This document shows positions 21,301-30,786 of a stretch of 64,000 bases of DNA, piece after piece (position 1 is the first letter of the stretch; each line of letters opens with the position of its first letter). The translations under genes were made by a program, and so were the position numbers. The notes below the pieces were generated by a model. That model had not been told where the DNA came from. It was given only the letters and a program-made list of their open reading frames with translations, and did not search any database. Source of the DNA: a virus (lineage: Duplodnaviria; Caudoviricetes); the IMG/VR virus record IMGVR_UViG_3300026187_001862, positions 62,257 through 126,256 of that record. One strand, 5' to 3'.

Positions 21301-24300
21301 AAACTAATACTTCTATAAACAAAGTCTGGATTTTCGTTAAAGATAACAGCAGTACTTGGACGAATTGTAAGAATATCTGGTCTTGCAAAGTCTGAAATAG
21401 TATGAGTTTGGTTTCTTCTATAGTTAATTCTATCACCAAATCCTACATCCTCTAATAACCCATCTGTACTAAACTGTGAGTCACTAGTTGAGAAATTTAG
21501 TTTGTAAACTTTACCACTATACATTGGGCTATTAGAATCTACAAACGGAGATCCTGTTATTGTTGCGCCTGTTACAGATCCGCCATCAACTTCAGTAATT
21601 GTAATAAATGCATCATTTTCAATTGTGCCGCCGCCTAAATACAATCCGTCAACTTCCATAGTGTCGCCAACTGTATAATTACTGCCAGGATTGTTTATCT
21701 CTATACTGTAACCATCTCTAATAGTTTTGTATAAAGTAAATGTAACACCTGCTGCTAAACCGTTATCTAAAACTTCGTTCTTAAATGGAATATCACCGCC
21801 TAAATATCTTATTCTTCCTATATGAGCGGCTGTTGGTGCAACATTTGCAACTTCATAACGTGCAAAAGCAGGACGATCAGGGTGATATATATCAAATTCT
21901 GATCTATTGCTAGGAAGTTCTTTAAAGTCATAAGCATATAAGAATAGATTTAATTTTTCGTTAGCATAACCTGTGCTATCTACTCTTATAGGTATGCTAT
22001 CCGAGCCTAATGCTATTGCAGTAGAATCTCCTGTAATTGGGCCAGTAACTACTAGTTCGTTTGTTGTATCAAAAGCACCTGAAGTATCTTTTAAATATAT
22101 TACTGATTCTCCGATAGGAACAGCTACGCTATCTCCTAGTTGACTCGTATCTTTAGATACAGTACCTGTAGCATTTGTTATGTTTTGTGTTATTATTTCG
22201 CCTTCTTCTAGTATAATCGGACCTGCAAGTTCTAAAATTACGTTAGCACTAAATGTTTTTGCACTTTCAACCATGTCTTGTGCAAGTGCAATACTGTCTG
22301 GAATTTCGTTTGGATCTGATCCTTCAGCAACTAGACCGTATTCACCATAACAGCTTGAGCCTGTTAGCGATCTAATCTCTGATCCATTTTTAGCATAGTA
22401 ACTGGTCCAACAATAGTACGTAAACATACTAACCATTTCTGATAGCGCACCGTTTACACAAACTAGACCATAACCTTTATCATTAATTTGAGTAAAGTCG
22501 TTACCTAGCATACTTCTGTTACCAGCTGTTTGCAATGTAATTGGAATAGGCGAACTTAAATCGTCGAGATCTACTCCTGTAGATAATTCACTAGTTAGTC
22601 CTGCAAATCCTTGACCGTCATTTGAGCCCGGTGACAATATTAGTTCTGCTGTTCCTAGTTCTTTATCGTACTGTGTGACTGCGTTAATCTGGAAGCGTCT
22701 ACCATCAATATAAAATACACTTGGAGTTTCTGGTCTTCTAACAAATAATCCTTGTGGTTCTAATGCACTACCTAAACTCTGTATGCTTAATCTAAATGCA
22801 TCACCGTCTACTCTTTCAACAACTTGAACTGCTGAGTTACCTACGAATGCATCAACAAATAATCCTCCTCGGAATGCTTGTTTGTTAATACTTGCGGCAA
22901 AACCTGTACCAGTTTGACAATAAGGTGATTTAGTAAGTACTTGCCCTTCAGGATCAAGTACCATCTGGAAACCGCCGTGTCCTTGTCCAGTAATGTTACG
23001 TAGAATAGTAGCATCATTCATTAGGAACACATCCATTTCTGTGTTTCTTAATGGCGGATTATAATCATCATTAAATGCAAATACAACTGTTTCAATCAAG
23101 TTATATACAACATTTTGTGGTCCGTCTATTTGTCTCCAAAAATTAGCTATTTCAACTGCATTAAATGTATTACCCGATGTGTGTTCTGTTGTTGGAGTAT
23201 AATAACGATCTTCACCTCCAATAAAATATTTTACTACGTTACCTAATCTATATAGTGTAGAAGCAGTCCATTCTGCTGGATCGCCGTCGCCGTTAAATCC
23301 ATCATATGCATAATCTAAGTTAACACCAGGATTTGGCGCTGATCCACTCGGGCCATATAGTGTAGTTGGTTCTACACCTCTAATAATATCGTCTGCAAGG
23401 GTAAATATATGACGGATGCCATCTATTGTTTCTTCTGTTTGGCTTCCATCTACCGGTAATGCACCTACATAATACTCACCTTGTGCTTCTAAAGAAAATT
23501 CGTTGCCACCATTACGCAAGTCATTCACTAAAGCATCTACAATTAAGCCTGTGTCTCTAGAACATTTTGTTCTTGAATATAAGCCGATTAGTGCCGGATA
23601 GGTTGTTTCTATGTAGTTTACAACTTGTTCTTGAATAAACTCTCTGTTGTCAATTAACGCTAGTGCTGCCGTTTCCCAATCGCCAACGTTTTCGTAACCA
23701 GCACCTACGTTTTTAAGTTTATTAGGCTTTAATAGATAATGATTACCAAAATAACCGTCTACTTCGTCTGAAATAGGATTAGTATATTGTACACCATTTG
23801 GAACTGTTACTACTGTAAAGCTGTATGCTGCTGCGCCATTGTTACCTAAAGCAGCATCTTGTACTGAAACAATTTCATTTGCTTGAAAATCTTTACCAGC
23901 ATTAGTTACTGTTACATCTGTAACAGCCCCTGTTCCATCTACTGTAATTTCAAATATTGCATCGCTGCCTAATTTGTTTGTAGAATAGTCTACATCGGTT
24001 ACAGTGTAAGTACCTGCTGGTCTTAGTGCATCTGCACTAGCAGTAAAGTCTATAGTTTCAATACTTGATTTACCTAATACAAGACCATCAAATACTGCAT
24101 CTCTATAAAAGAAAAGACTTGCATATCGTGATTGCGATATGCGGTCTTTTGGACGTATTATAGTTCTTCTAAATTCGTCACCTTTGATAGAAACGTTTGG
24201 CGGAACACGTATGGGAAAATCTTCTTCGTATATACCAGATTCAACTCTAATAGTGACTTGAGTTTCATTGACAATATTACCATATTCTAAAGGCTCGCCT

Positions 24301-26273
24301 TCTTCAAATTCAATAGGTTTCAGCAGTTGTATTTCAATTTCGTCAGTCTCAATTACACTAACCGGTCTTGTTCCTGCTTCATACTTATAGTCGATTATTC
24401 TACCAATAGCACCTGAATTTTTACCTCGTACTACTTTACCTGGAATAATATCTGTATTTCCTGGATTAGCTTGATCTATAAATCCAAAGTTACCGTTACT
24501 GATGTTAATTTTGTAATTTGTAGTGCCGTCAACAATTTGAGGAGCATCTAGTACGCCGTTTTCAATAACTTCTAAAATAATATCAAACTTAGCTGCAATA
24601 GATTCGTCTGCTAAACTGTCAGGTATAACAGCAACATCTATAAATTGTTCTACTCTATCTTGATAAGTTGTTGGAACAGCAGTGTTAGTGAGAATATAAT
24701 CTCTAACTAGTACTTTAGCATATTCTATGCCAGCAACAGTGTATGCTTTTTGTGAACCGATTGCTTTTTGTGCGCTTACATTTGAATAATATCTTAAACC
24801 TGCATAGCGGGATAGATAGTTAGCGTTATTTCCTAGCAATGCATCAAGACTAACACTATCTAGTATTAATTGTACATCTCGCTGACATATTTCTTTGTCA
24901 TAATTATCTGCAAAAGAAGGGTATAGTGCATCTATATAACCTGTGACTTCTTTTGCAACAAACTCTTTATTTTCAACTATAAGAGTTCTTGCATTTGATC
25001 TTCCCGAAATAGGACTTGTTATACCTGCAGTAACAATAGATCCTTCATTTTCGCCAGTATTATATGTCATAGTCTGCATATAAGGACCTGGTTCTTTTGG
25101 AGCAGACAACATTATTTCTTCTGCTTTTTGTGCAGCAGCATTTATTGTTTTATATGCATACGCAGGATTTCTGCCTTCTTTTCCTACTGGAGTATAAGTT
25201 TGTCTGTCGTCTCCTGATGCAGCACTAACATAAATGTTAACTTTACTAGATGCTGCGGCATTATCAACATAAAGTTTTGTTGCTGCCTGCAGGTCATCTG
25301 GACCAAATGGTAAACCTGTACCAATTAATTCGCCAGGATGATCATATAAATTTAACGGTCCTGTCATTGTATCGCCTTGACGACGAACAATACTCTTACG
25401 CGGTAACGCTACATTAGATAACCAATTACCTTCTAAACTATCGTCATAAGCAGCATCGAGTAAAGTAAATACTCCTGAACCGCCACTTAATAATATTCTA
25501 TTATTACCAGCAATAGCGTCATCTTCTGTAGCAAATAACCCTATATCGTTATCATTAGCAATACCTATATAATATGTTGTTCCGGTCACAACACCAAAAG
25601 GATCGTCTCCTGTGCTGTTAAAAATAAAAGGAGCACCTGTGTAAGCTTCTGATAGTCCATGACTATTTGCTCTAAAATAACCTGCTGTAAGTCCGTCAGC
25701 TGTTATTGTATAGATATCAGTACTAGCAGGTTCGTCACCAACTCTTAAGCCACCGCCTGCAACTGCCTTTTCTTGATAGTTTCTGTCAGCATAGTTTTTA
25801 TTAATTACTAATGCACCAATATCTAAATTTGTTCCGTGTACATCGTTAAAAAGGTTAATTGCGTCTTGGGAAACAGTAACGTTTGCAATAGGTTGAGTTG
25901 CTGCATCTAAAGGTCCACTTAGAGTAGGTTCTGGGTCATTTGACAGTTTAGATACTAATTGTTTTACAATTAATTTTCCGTCAATCGAAAAATCAAATCC
26001 GATAGTATCGTTAGATCCGTCTAAAGCATTATCAGAAGCAAATTCTAATAAGTTTAGTCCACTGCCGTCTGAACGTACAACAGGAATTTTATTTTCATTG
26101 CCTTCATAATTGTTAGGAGTATCACTTAGGTCTGTAAACGATATTTGTCCACCTATACCAAATACAGCGTATAGTTCTTGGAAGTTTTCATTTACTTTAC
26201 GAAACGATTCGCGAATACTATCGCCTGTGCCGTCATTACCTTCTACGCCAATATCAACCTGTTGTCTTGCCAT
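18339..26273 (-). CDS. giant tail/baseplate structural protein (2644 aa) with C-terminal intramolecular-chaperone-like domain
   Basis: N-terminal GNDGTGDSIRESFRKVNENFQELY; AATK.YVD motifs; C-terminal ADLAENY...LQGRVPCKV...KGDMLV...GTVIGKA. Confidence 0.8.
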   Translation of the reverse strand: MARQQVDIGVEGNDGTGDSIRESFRKVNENFQELYAVFGIGGQISFTDLSDTPNNYEGNENKIPVVRSDGSGLNLLEFASDNALDGSNDTIGFDFSIDGKLIVKQLVSKLSNDPEPTLSGPLDAATQPIANVTVSQDAINLFNDVHGTNLDIGALVINKNYADRNYQEKAVAGGGLRVGDEPASTDIYTITADGLTAGYFRANSHGLSEAYTGAPFIFNSTGDDPFGVVTGTTYYIGIANDNDIGLFATEDDAIAGNNRILLSGGSGVFTLLDAAYDDSLEGNWLSNVALPRKSIVRRQGDTMTGPLNLYDHPGELIGTGLPFGPDDLQAATKLYVDNAAASSKVNIYVSAASGDDRQTYTPVGKEGRNPAYAYKTINAAAQKAEEIMLSAPKEPGPYMQTMTYNTGENEGSIVTAGITSPISGRSNARTLIVENKEFVAKEVTGYIDALYPSFADNYDKEICQRDVQLILDSVSLDALLGNNANYLSRYAGLRYYSNVSAQKAIGSQKAYTVAGIEYAKVLVRDYILTNTAVPTTYQDRVEQFIDVAVIPDSLADESIAAKFDIILEVIENGVLDAPQIVDGTTNYKINISNGNFGFIDQANPGNTDIIPGKVVRGKNSGAIGRIIDYKYEAGTRPVSVIETDEIEIQLLKPIEFEEGEPLEYGNIVNETQVTIRVESGIYEEDFPIRVPPNVSIKGDEFRRTIIRPKDRISQSRYASLFFYRDAVFDGLVLGKSSIETIDFTASADALRPAGTYTVTDVDYSTNKLGSDAIFEITVDGTGAVTDVTVTNAGKDFQANEIVSVQDAALGNNGAAAYSFTVVTVPNGVQYTNPISDEVDGYFGNHYLLKPNKLKNVGAGYENVGDWETAALALIDNREFIQEQVVNYIETTYPALIGLYSRTKCSRDTGLIVDALVNDLRNGGNEFSLEAQGEYYVGALPVDGSQTEETIDGIRHIFTLADDIIRGVEPTTLYGPSGSAPNPGVNLDYAYDGFNGDGDPAEWTASTLYRLGNVVKYFIGGEDRYYTPTTEHTSGNTFNAVEIANFWRQIDGPQNVVYNLIETVVFAFNDDYNPPLRNTEMDVFLMNDATILRNITGQGHGGFQMVLDPEGQVLTKSPYCQTGTGFAASINKQAFRGGLFVDAFVGNSAVQVVERVDGDAFRLSIQSLGSALEPQGLFVRRPETPSVFYIDGRRFQINAVTQYDKELGTAELILSPGSNDGQGFAGLTSELSTGVDLDDLSSPIPITLQTAGNRSMLGNDFTQINDKGYGLVCVNGALSEMVSMFTYYCWTSYYAKNGSEIRSLTGSSCYGEYGLVAEGSDPNEIPDSIALAQDMVESAKTFSANVILELAGPIILEEGEIITQNITNATGTVSKDTSQLGDSVAVPIGESVIYLKDTSGAFDTTNELVVTGPITGDSTAIALGSDSIPIRVDSTGYANEKLNLFLYAYDFKELPSNRSEFDIYHPDRPAFARYEVANVAPTAAHIGRIRYLGGDIPFKNEVLDNGLAAGVTFTLYKTIRDGYSIEINNPGSNYTVGDTMEVDGLYLGGGTIENDAFITITEVDGGSVTGATITGSPFVDSNSPMYSGKVYKLNFSTSDSQFSTDGLLEDVGFGDRINYRRNQTHTISDFARPDILTIRPSTAVIFNENPDFVYRSISFLTSDSLGNELENDQLQSGFDSSYDYIRLIIDSAKAQEIPLAGLGTTKGGTIGDRVLAVQPTLDDNEISRLNNNARTPEANRPIGWTVENLQEAPIFTWSGKKFYVYNARGVDGTNTEVPLAEDNEYVIVDIEVIDSINLEDYSNPGGLEEGLGSPVVLGSETVTIRAGLKAGAEGTVTVNISTCRATSHDFLDVGSGGFNESNYPTVIFGEPASKDQAKEVDERGKGRVFYVSTDQNGIFRVGRFFSVDQGTGTVTFSASLALSDVDGLGFKRGVVITEFSTDTAMTDNASDTVPTELAVRGYVNRRLGYDVNGTPVSNKLGPGVLAPNGAVPMTDDLNAAGNTITNLKAPNSESDAATKKYVDDGRGLSDEIKDLRSLQYQSFGANQLLVSTEYKKIYVLLSSIVSGPFERGDTITGSVTGATGTIVDVQNVEGYEGDLIEITFTPLTGTFSDGKPIGSSPDPDVLLVSGGAEGLVVDGPVDEWVNGVESPASDIELLTNKEVTIDGFGVVTDRYTTLNFQLKPNSIVNDDVNGVANISQSKLNLNSATTRGSATGITQNDLGVVAFDERIFTTTDGWVSIDNGQLPLEKIQRINDGTVLGNWSGDSSDNDIDQIPFSTVISEGGGLGDADFITELTTLDDPGEALIKTGEGTYGISNVSVSGEVNSIVKTDADGSIQVNSLILGGNASYEVLSLDGTTVIFKTPSQGEILRAAGGSPAVGAPADPGYVAPTFPDLEISGSVNIGATGVAESTLQGLSNFNGESNLGVDWIYSSFIEAPGEKGAASTGIGIGANTGKSLVGEIAIITADSATSSSVSPMTFSSSGALPDTDNTYDIGSSSLKYANVYATTFHGTATEAYYADLAENYLGDADYEPGTVLVFGGDAEVTVCTAKGQTSVAGVVTTNPAHLMNSALEGDHVVGLALQGRVPCKVIGTVKKGDMLVTSAVPGYAIVNNSPGVGTVIGKAISEKTDQDRGIVEVVVGKH

Positions 26274-26286
26274 TTAATTTGCTCCG

Positions 26287-26646
26287 TTAAATTTGTGGAA
26301 TACTATCCATATCAAAGTTTACACTAACACCACAACCGCACGACGATTGGGCATTAGGATTTTTTATTTCAAAAGTTGAACCTACTAAACTGCGTGTATA
26401 GTCAACTGTTGTTCCTATCAAAAACATAAGTGAGTGTTTGCCTATTACAAAACTGCAATTGTTGTCAGTTTTAATAACTTCGTCGCCTTCTTCAAGCTCT
26501 TCAGGGGACTGCATCATTCCCCATTCATACTCAAAACCTGCACAACCTCCGCCTTTGATGTTTAAACTAATTGCATAACACGAATTTTCCTCACATAGTA
26601 AATCAATTTGTGCTTTTGCAGCATCAGTAAGTGTACAGATACTCAT
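26287..26646 (-). CDS. iscA: A-type Fe-S carrier (IscA/SufA/HesB)
   Basis: GGGCAGFEY and NPNAQSSCGCG. Confidence 0.92.
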   Translation of the reverse strand: MSICTLTDAAKAQIDLLCEENSCYAISLNIKGGGCAGFEYEWGMMQSPEELEEGDEVIKTDNNCSFVIGKHSLMFLIGTTVDYTRSLVGSTFEIKNPNAQSSCGCGVSVNFDMDSIPQI

Positions 26647-26707
26647 GTTTTTTCCTTTCTTAATACTATTTATGATATAATTTTATAATCTTAATGTAAA
26701 TATAATT

Positions 26708-26995
26708 ATGTTCATAAAAGAATATAAAAAACAAACGCGGCACGTTAGAACTAGTAAAACGGGCAAAGAACACACCTACAAGCGTGAATTGACTATGTGT
26801 GTGTTTCGTTGCGACAGTTGTGATGAAGAGTTTGAACGTGCAAGAGGCAGCATGGATCCTAAGCGTCTAAACAACAACTATTTTCACGTATGTTCAAACT
26901 GTGATGCTAAAGTGTTTGCTCAAAAGAAAGGCGTGGAACGCAAACAAGTTTGGAATCTCCACGCCAGTTCAGATATACCTATAAGTAAATTATAG
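26708..26995 (+). CDS. zinc-finger protein
   Basis: CDSC...CSNC; ATG is 5 nt after GTAAATA. Confidence 0.75.
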   Translation: MFIKEYKKQTRHVRTSKTGKEHTYKRELTMCVFRCDSCDEEFERARGSMDPKRLNNNYFHVCSNCDAKVFAQKKGVERKQVWNLHASSDIPISKL

Positions 26996-28231
26996 GTTTT
27001 TCCAAGTAAATGCTCCAAAGAACATTTCATCCTCGCTCATCTGTCCCCAAGGTACTTCTCTGCTTGGGTCAGGATTCATTGGATTGTCCGCTGAGTTATC
27101 AAACCATCCTTCTACGTGTAACCTCGTACCTTGTGGTAGAAACTTAGGTTCACGCCAAGTGTACGAAAGTTGCCAAGCATATTCATAACGTGGAATATCA
27201 ATAAGTTCTTCTACTTCACCGTCTGGATAATATGCTGTTGCTCTCATTGCTTTACCGCGGAAATGCATATGCGGTAAAAATGTATGCAACATTACATCAT
27301 TCTTTAGTACAACATCAGCTTCTTGTTTGAAGTTAGGATCGTATGGCGGAATAGGTGTCCACGTGTTAGGGAATATACAAGCACAGTCGCCTGCCATTCT
27401 TTCTTCTGGCACTACACCTTCGTCGTGGAAGTATAGTCCAATTCGTGCTTTGTCAGTACGTGCTGTACCGTCTGGTGTGTAATGTAGTTGTAAGTTTACT
27501 TGTGATCCTGCACGTAATAATCCGCCAGTGTTTTCATCATAGTAGTCAGGGTCGCCGCCAGGAACATAAGCACTAATACTAGCATAATCCATATTCTGTT
27601 GTTCGCCTCCTTGTGTACCCAACAAGTTCATATTACGTTCACCAGGCACTGACACTGAGTTTAACATATGGTGCATAACAGTAGGTTCTGAAGGTAAAAA
27701 CTCTGAACCACGTAACCAACGATCTTCTGTGAGTCCTAGGTCAACTCCTACATAACGATATGGTATTGCTGATGGCCCTGCAGGTATTTCTTGTGCAGGT
27801 ACTTCAACAATCATATCAGGTTCACCGTGTACCCATTCTGAATCAGGGTATACTGTTTGTGTTAAAGGATCTATTACACCTTCAACTGGTGCGCCTGCAT
27901 CAACCCAATCTACAAGAGTTTTCATTTCATCATCACTTAATGTTCTGTGATTGATGATAGTGTCTCTATACTTGGGATTGATTTGTCCAGGTGGCATACG
28001 TTTTGATACAATAGCTTCTTTGATTGCAGGAGCAAATGCCTGTACTACTTGATAGTTGCTCATTGCCCACGGTGCTATGCCATTTTCTCTGTGGCACATT
28101 TGACACTGCTCTATTAGAATAGGTGCAACATCACGTACATAGTCTACGTCTTGTGCTCGTGCTGCTAATGCTACTAGTCCTAGTACACTTGTCAACAGCA
28201 CCACAAAACTTGTGTGTAAAATTTTAATCAT
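26990..28231 (-). CDS. exported cytochrome c-copper type II (PHM/DBH-like) monooxygenase fusion
   Basis: Signal peptide, CQMCH, RMPP, MHHM, LHY, PHMH, DEM. Confidence 0.8.
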   Translation of the reverse strand: MIKILHTSFVVLLTSVLGLVALAARAQDVDYVRDVAPILIEQCQMCHRENGIAPWAMSNYQVVQAFAPAIKEAIVSKRMPPGQINPKYRDTIINHRTLSDDEMKTLVDWVDAGAPVEGVIDPLTQTVYPDSEWVHGEPDMIVEVPAQEIPAGPSAIPYRYVGVDLGLTEDRWLRGSEFLPSEPTVMHHMLNSVSVPGERNMNLLGTQGGEQQNMDYASISAYVPGGDPDYYDENTGGLLRAGSQVNLQLHYTPDGTARTDKARIGLYFHDEGVVPEERMAGDCACIFPNTWTPIPPYDPNFKQEADVVLKNDVMLHTFLPHMHFRGKAMRATAYYPDGEVEELIDIPRYEYAWQLSYTWREPKFLPQGTRLHVEGWFDNSADNPMNPDPSREVPWGQMSEDEMFFGAFTWKNL

Positions 28232-28592
28232 TAGATATCTCCTTGATGTATTTCGCCATCAAAATAATTTCTTCATCGCTTAGTGTTGCTGCTTGTCCAA
28301 ACATAATACCGCTCATATCTCCACGATACACTCCTGCTTTGTAATCTTGTAGTGCTTCAACAATATGATCTTCTTCAAGAAAACTTAGACCAGGAAAGCC
28401 TGGCTTGCCTTGTGCTTTGTTACCGTGACAAGCGGCACACGTATTCCATTTTGCTTTTACTGAACTAAAATCCACTTCTTGTGCATATAGAGTTCTTGCT
28501 CCTAATAATACTACCAATTGGAATATTAAAAGTGCTACAAATATTATTGCACTTCCCCATAAACCTTGTCTTGCTTGTTTTACTGTAGGCAT
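28224..28592 (-). CDS. class I cytochrome c (c553/c4-like)
   Basis: N-terminal hydrophobic segment, CAACHG, distal Met region IMFGQA. Confidence 0.88.
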   Translation of the reverse strand: MPTVKQARQGLWGSAIIFVALLIFQLVVLLGARTLYAQEVDFSSVKAKWNTCAACHGNKAQGKPGFPGLSFLEEDHIVEALQDYKAGVYRGDMSGIMFGQAATLSDEEIILMAKYIKEISND

Positions 28593-29866
28593 TAATCATC
28601 TCCTGTGATGTTACGTTGCTCTAATAGTTTGTTGTATCCTTCTTCATCTAAATGAGTAATAGCAAGCCAAGCGTGAGTCATCTCATCGCCTGTGCGTGAA
28701 CCACCCATTACCCACATATCGGGATCAGGATTGTTTTTGTTGTCAGCAGTGTTGTCATACCATTGCTTGAGAATAATAACTGCGCCCGCAGGTATTAGTG
28801 GTGCTACATCAGGAGCATACAAATGACTGTGATGCCAGGTTGCGCTCCAATTAGAGATTTGACTTACTGGTTCTGTTCTACCAGTTTCAGGATAAAAAAT
28901 CTCTAAACTTGCTGCGTTCATACGCAGATGTCCGTGCGGTTGAAAACTATCTAAACGCACAGGATGGTCGAAAGTGTGGAAACCTTGTGTCATTTGATAA
29001 CCATTGGGCGGGATAACCAAATCGTCCTGATTGCCTAAGCGGTATAAACTCAAGTCCTGCTTGTATTTCAATTGTTGGCTTTCCTCTTCTGTGTATAACC
29101 ACAGTCCAATTTCTACCACATTGTCTTTGATCATTCCGCCTGGTGCCATTGCGCCAAGTCCACCTGGGAACATATGAATGTCCCACGATACTTGTGCGTT
29201 TGCTGGTAGTGTGCGACAGACTCCCTCTGGAACAATCTCTCCCCACTTTCCCATAGCATACTCCGTGAGCATACCTTCACGTCCTTCTGCTGTAATAATA
29301 GAGGAGTTTGCGTGATGTACAACTGCTTTTGCATCACCACGTGGTTTAACTTGTACTGCTTTGATACAACGATCTTCTGTAAGTCCGCTTGGTACTAAGT
29401 GTTTGTGCCAAAGATCGTTTCCGTTTGCTGGTATGTCTATTGCTACACTTGGAATTACAGCATCAGGAGGTCCAAAGTCACCTTCAAAGTTCCAAGCATC
29501 TGGATCACGTAAATCTGCAGACTGTACTACTGTATCTGCATCACCATAAGGTGCGCCTGCGTTAACCCATGCAACAACTGTGTCTATTTCATCTTGCGAT
29601 AAACGCCAGTCGCCTTGTAGGTCTTGTATACCTATGCCGTGATCATAAGCATAAGGAGGCATTTCTCTGTTTGCAACTCTCATTTGTATAAGAGGTGCCC
29701 ACGGACGTACTTGTTCGTACGTTTCAAAACTCATTGGTCCAATGCCACCTTGACGATGACACACTACACAATTGTTGTTGATTATTTTTGCTACTTCGTC
29801 AGTATAGGTTTGCGCTGCTGACATCAGCGGGAATAGCAAAGCAAGTGCTGCGATAATGTGTTTCAT
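28592..29866 (-). CDS. exported cytochrome c-copper type II monooxygenase fusion (paralog)
   Basis: Signal peptide, CVVCH, EMPP, VHHA, IHM, PHGH, DEM. Confidence 0.8.
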   Translation of the reverse strand: MKHIIAALALLFPLMSAAQTYTDEVAKIINNNCVVCHRQGGIGPMSFETYEQVRPWAPLIQMRVANREMPPYAYDHGIGIQDLQGDWRLSQDEIDTVVAWVNAGAPYGDADTVVQSADLRDPDAWNFEGDFGPPDAVIPSVAIDIPANGNDLWHKHLVPSGLTEDRCIKAVQVKPRGDAKAVVHHANSSIITAEGREGMLTEYAMGKWGEIVPEGVCRTLPANAQVSWDIHMFPGGLGAMAPGGMIKDNVVEIGLWLYTEEESQQLKYKQDLSLYRLGNQDDLVIPPNGYQMTQGFHTFDHPVRLDSFQPHGHLRMNAASLEIFYPETGRTEPVSQISNWSATWHHSHLYAPDVAPLIPAGAVIILKQWYDNTADNKNNPDPDMWVMGGSRTGDEMTHAWLAITHLDEEGYNKLLEQRNITGDD

Positions 29867-29952
29867 ACAAATTCTCCTGAGAACAATTAATATTTAAACA
29901 CATTATCTGCAAAATGCAACCTATTCTAGTGCAATGTTACAATTTATTACAA

Positions 29953-30117
29953 TTACTCTGCTTTCCAGATTGTCCAAGCACCATACGCAATAGCGCCATA
30001 AGCTACTAGAGCAGCGATTGGTTTGAAGATAAGAAACGCAACGCCTGCGCCTACAAGTATAGCACCGTCGAGTGTTGTACGTTCTTTGAGTCTTGCATTA
30101 ATCCATTTTTGAACCAT
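29953..30117 (-). CDS. small two-helix membrane protein
   Basis: Start MVQKW with AGGAG RBS; TATAAATA at 30139-30146. Confidence 0.7.
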   Translation of the reverse strand: MVQKWINARLKERTTLDGAILVGAGVAFLIFKPIAALVAYGAIAYGAWTIWKAE

Positions 30118-30176
30118 TTTTAATCTCCTTCTGTACAATATTTATATAAGTAATTGTTCCTATAGGAGGAATAATT

Positions 30177-30512
30177 ATGACTATTGAATTAGTAATTGGA
30201 GCTGTGATCGTTGCAGCCGTGGTTGCTTACTTTCTATTTAGGCAACCCGCCCAGGAAAATCCTGTAGTTGAAGCAGTTAATACTGTAACTAAAGAACCTG
30301 AGCCCGCGAAAGTAGAAACAGTTGTTGAAGTTGACGCAAAGACTGTAAAAGTCACTAAGGCGAGTTTGTCAAAATTAACTAAGCAAGGCTTAGAAGATTT
30401 GGCAAAAGCAAATTATGGTGTTGACTTAGACAAGCGTAAAAAGAAAGATGAATTAGTTAAAGAAGTACTTGGTCTTGCAAAGGCCGAAAAGGCAGCTCTT
30501 AAGAAGGCCTAA
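30177..30512 (+). CDS. membrane-anchored protein with Rho-N/HeH-like C-terminus
   Basis: N-terminal TM helix; LSKLTKQGLEDLAK...KKKDELV; AGGAGG RBS. Confidence 0.65.
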   Translation: MTIELVIGAVIVAAVVAYFLFRQPAQENPVVEAVNTVTKEPEPAKVETVVEVDAKTVKVTKASLSKLTKQGLEDLAKANYGVDLDKRKKKDELVKEVLGLAKAEKAALKKA

Positions 30513-30786
30513 TAGATTTTCTTAACTGTTCAATTGCAGTCTCACAGCGAGTCAGCTTGCGTTCTAGGACGTTTATAGCTGCTCGCTGTTTTCTTGATTG
30601 TTCTTCCAACGAGCGTACATATTCCACAGTAGGAATTTCTTGTTGAGTTCCATCTTCTGAAATCATAGTAAAACGATCAACACCTTGTGCTTTAAGTCCG
30701 CCAGTTACTCTGTTAGGGTTTTTATTAGATGATGATTGGGTCTGGGCTGGTTGCTTCCTGCCATACATTTGATTCAAATAGCTCAT
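30499..30786 (-). CDS. hypothetical coiled-coil protein
   Basis: Start MSYLNQMYG after TATAAATA (30804-30811) and GGAG. Confidence 0.7.
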   Translation of the reverse strand: MSYLNQMYGRKQPAQTQSSSNKNPNRVTGGLKAQGVDRFTMISEDGTQQEIPTVEYVRSLEEQSRKQRAAINVLERKLTRCETAIEQLRKSIRPS

